A stretch of 64,000 bases of DNA from an uncultured Alphaproteobacteria bacterium (GTDB lineage: Bacteria > Pseudomonadota > Alphaproteobacteria > CAWBKL01), in contig CAWBKL010000005.1 of NCBI GenBank assembly GCA_963789405.1, forward strand, positions 455,976-519,975, read 5' to 3'. Under the pieces are notes generated by a model. That model was not told where the DNA came from. It searched no databases and was given only the letters and a program-made list of their open reading frames with translations. The position numbers were made by a program, and so were the translations under genes. This document shows, one piece after another, positions 61,848 through 64,000 of the stretch; position 1 is the first letter of the stretch; each line of letters opens with the position of its first letter.

Positions 61848-62183
61848 TCAGATATCGAGAGCCTTTCTCGTATCCTTGTTCAAGCGGCCGGTTGGCTTCA
61901 GCTTGTGGTCTGTCTGAAACGCCTTGAGCGATTTGACGAATGCGGCATTGCGCGTCCCGTCGACCGCGCCATCATATTTGCCGAGCTTCTTGAGCTTCTC
62001 TTGGGCCTTTGTGTAAAGCGCTGCAATGCGGGTCTGGTGGGCGGCTGGCTTGGCCGGCTTAGCGGGCTTTGCCGGCGCTTCGGTCGTGGCGGGCGGCGCG
62101 CTTGATGTGCTGCCTGCGGCAAGCGCCGGCACGGCCAAGAGAAGCGTCGACGCTAGCGCGGTCGCAATGAGCGAAGATTTCAT
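61848..62183 (-). CDS. secreted peptidoglycan-binding-domain protein
   Basis: Signal peptide MKSSLIATALASTLLLAVPALA. PAKPAKPAKP linker. C-terminal PG_binding_1-like ...LKKLGKYDGAVDGTRNAAFVKSLKAFQTDHKLKPTGRLNKDTRKAL. Confidence 0.55.
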   Translation of the reverse strand: MKSSLIATALASTLLLAVPALAAGSTSSAPPATTEAPAKPAKPAKPAAHQTRIAALYTKAQEKLKKLGKYDGAVDGTRNAAFVKSLKAFQTDHKLKPTGRLNKDTRKALDI

Positions 62184-62360
62184 TGATGTCGTCCTCTGTT
62201 TTGTTCCGCCATTGATTCGAAGTGGCGGCAATGCCCAATTTGCCGCGTCAGAATTGCAGCGTCCTGACACAATGCTTACATCTGTGAAGGCCGAATTTTC
62301 GCCACAATCGAGCCGCCATGAATTCCGCAACAATAGAGATCGTGAGCGGGCGCAACGCCG

Positions 62361-63044
62361 ATGCCTTTAAGGATCCTGGTTGTTGAGGACGATGCCAGCA
62401 CGGCAGACTTTGTTACCAAAGGCTTGCGCCAGGACGGATACACCGTCGAAACCGTGTCGACCGGTCCTGAGGCACTGCACATAGCAACGAGCCAGCCGCC
62501 CGATGCCATCGTGCTCGACCGCAATCTTCCCGGTATCGACGGGCTCTCGGTTCTCAAAGCCTTGCGCGCGGCGCGCATTGAGACACCCATCCTCATTCTG
62601 TCGGCGCTTGCACATTCCGATGAACGCGTGATTGGGCTGAGAGCCGGCGCAGACGATTATCTCGGTAAGCCTTTCTCGCTCTCCGAGCTGGAGTTAAGGC
62701 TGGAGAATCTTCTCAAGCGACACGGCAAAGCACCGGCGGAAACGGTGCTAAAATGCGGCGATCTGGAGATCGATCTTCTGACGCGCCGCGTAAGCCGCGT
62801 TAATCACAATCTCGATTTGCTGCAGCGTGAATTTCAAATCCTTGAGTATCTGTTGCGGCACAAGGATCGCATCGTCACGCGGACCATGCTGCTCGATCAG
62901 ATTTGGGACTACAGGTTCGATCCGCACACAAGCCTCATCGACACACATATGAGCCGGCTGAGAAAGAAACTCGATGAAGGCTTCGAGCGGCCATTGCTTC
63001 ACACAATTCGTGGCGTTGGTTATCGATTGTCAGAGATGCCTTGA
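62361..63044 (+). CDS. OmpR-family two-component response regulator
   Basis: ILVVEDD...DAIVLDRNLPGIDG...ILSAL...DDYLGKPF receiver, plus C-terminal winged-helix ...TRTMLLDQIWDYRFDPHTSLIDTHMSRLRKKL... Confidence 0.85.
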   Translation: MPLRILVVEDDASTADFVTKGLRQDGYTVETVSTGPEALHIATSQPPDAIVLDRNLPGIDGLSVLKALRAARIETPILILSALAHSDERVIGLRAGADDYLGKPFSLSELELRLENLLKRHGKAPAETVLKCGDLEIDLLTRRVSRVNHNLDLLQREFQILEYLLRHKDRIVTRTMLLDQIWDYRFDPHTSLIDTHMSRLRKKLDEGFERPLLHTIRGVGYRLSEMP

Positions 63045-64000
63045 TGCCGGACGCAGGGCGCCAGGGCTTCCCCTGGTGGATCAGGTGGAATCTCCTCATC
63101 GTTGCGACAATGGCTCTTGTCGTCTTGGCGGCGTGCTCTGTCGCTCTGTGGCTGGTCGATTCCGAGGGCCGGCACCTCATTATGGCGCTCGATCATGACC
63201 GGCTGGTCGATAAGCTCGATCTCTTGTCCGAGCTTCAGCGCGAAGAAGGACGCGAAGGCCTTATTCGCTCGGTGAACCTGCGCGCTCGGCTCGAGGACGA
63301 GCATCAAGTCTATGCGCTCAAGGATGATGCGGGCCGGATTCTTGCCGGCAATGTGCAAGCTTGGCCTGCGGGTGTGGGCGAGGCCGAGAACTGGCGCGTC
63401 ATGCAGGACACACAGGGACGCGGCACGTTGCATGTCTCCACGCGAAGGCTGCTGAATGGTCTTGTCGTTCTGGTCGGGACCGACAGCGATGACATAGAAA
63501 CCTTCCAAGACGACGTGAATGACGCATTGTGGATCGCAATCGCGATCGTTGCGGCGGCGTGTCTATCGAGCGCTGCCGTGATTACGAGCTTTCTAACGGC
63601 GCGCGTGCGGGCGCTTGCCGGAACCGCCCAGCGGGTCTCGGAGGGAGATTTCTCCGCACGCGCCTCTGGTGCGGGAAGAGGCGGACCCTTCGGCACGATC
63701 GCAGCGGCTCAGAACGCGATGCTTGATCGAATAGAGCACTTGATCGTTGGGCTTCGCACGGTGACGGATAGCCTCGCGCACGATTTGCGAACGCCTCTAG
63801 CGCAAGTGCGCCGCCATATCGAAGAGGCGATCGCCAGCACCGGCGCCAATGAGAAAGAGCAAGCGCTTGAGGCTGCCCTTGCGGCGGCTGACCAGACGAT
63901 CGGCGCATTTACGAGCCTTATCGACATTGCACGCGCAGAGGAGGGCTTTCTCGTGAGGCGATGTCGGAGATCGACCTCGCCAAGCTGGTCACCGACGTTT
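63044..64000 (+). CDS. sensor histidine kinase (partial, runs off window); probable frameshift ~63945
   Basis: Starts by TGATG overlap with the regulator. Two TM segments. HAMP-like region. H-box ...LAHDLRTPLAQVRRHIEEA... Confidence 0.75.
   Translation, partial: MPDAGRQGFPWWIRWNLLIVATMALVVLAACSVALWLVDSEGRHLIMALDHDRLVDKLDLLSELQREEGREGLIRSVNLRARLEDEHQVYALKDDAGRILAGNVQAWPAGVGEAENWRVMQDTQGRGTLHVSTRRLLNGLVVLVGTDSDDIETFQDDVNDALWIAIAIVAAACLSSAAVITSFLTARVRALAGTAQRVSEGDFSARASGAGRGGPFGTIAAAQNAMLDRIEHLIVGLRTVTDSLAHDLRTPLAQVRRHIEEAIASTGANEKEQALEAALAAADQTIGAFTSLIDIARAEEGFLVRRCRRSTSPSWSPTF

Noticed and set aside
61750-61860. tRNA-like T-arm sequence (ccgggtttcgatcc) downstream of queF
   Set aside because: No acceptor stem, D-arm or anticodon arm could be assembled around it on either strand. 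It is probably a chance match inside a terminator-like region.
1-64000. CRISPR array
   Set aside because: No array of regularly spaced direct repeats. The only tandem repeats are coding (the Q-rich gene). The dispersed 120-bp palindromic element occurs just twice, 21 kb apart.
1-64000. Programmed ribosomal frameshifting or widespread genuine pseudogenes as an explanation of the split ORFs
   Set aside because: The breaks affect many unrelated essential genes. They are single-base, several sit in homopolymer runs, and none lies at a slippery heptamer with a downstream structure. Sequencing or assembly indels are by far the most economical explanation.

Overview
High-GC (about 64-66%) alphaproteobacterial chromosome segment, Rhizobiales-like in gene content and order. 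Both strands are densely coding. In order across the window: a truncated icd, trmJ-like, murI, hemG-like, rpsD, a GST, grxD, a SAM-MTase, and an operon of unknown function (lipoprotein plus a secreted Q/G/Y/P-rich rhodanese-like protein). Then bolA, a beta carbonic anhydrase, and the purine cluster purC-(small ORF)-purS-(mprF-like)-purQ-purL with the DUF1476 zeta-subunit gene alongside it. Then pip, purB, an Rsm22-like MTase, and the alpha-2-macroglobulin/pbpC pair (yfhM-pbpC type). Next comes a regulatory module (two atypical LuxR regulators, a PNPOx-like FMN protein and a tandem-PAS protein), then radC-map, an MBL hydrolase and a CinA-like gene. Next is a roughly 1.8 kb low-GC islet carrying a standalone reverse transcriptase, a candidate defence RT. 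tRNA-Leu(TAA) follows, with duplicated 3'-end fragments. After it lies a roughly 15 kb exosortase/EpsI-type EPS locus (glycosyltransferases, Wzx, EpsL-like OMP, EpsD PPIase, Wza, Wzc-like proteins, exosortase, EpsI, ligase-like protein, GT2). The window ends with argS, two paralogous beta-barrel OMPs, an L,D-transpeptidase, queF, and an OmpR-type regulator with a partial histidine kinase. A 120-bp palindromic intergenic repeat occurs twice. Important caveat: at least about 15 conserved genes carry single-base frameshifts, several visibly in homopolymer runs, so the assembly almost certainly has indel errors. The split ORFs are annotated here as single genes.
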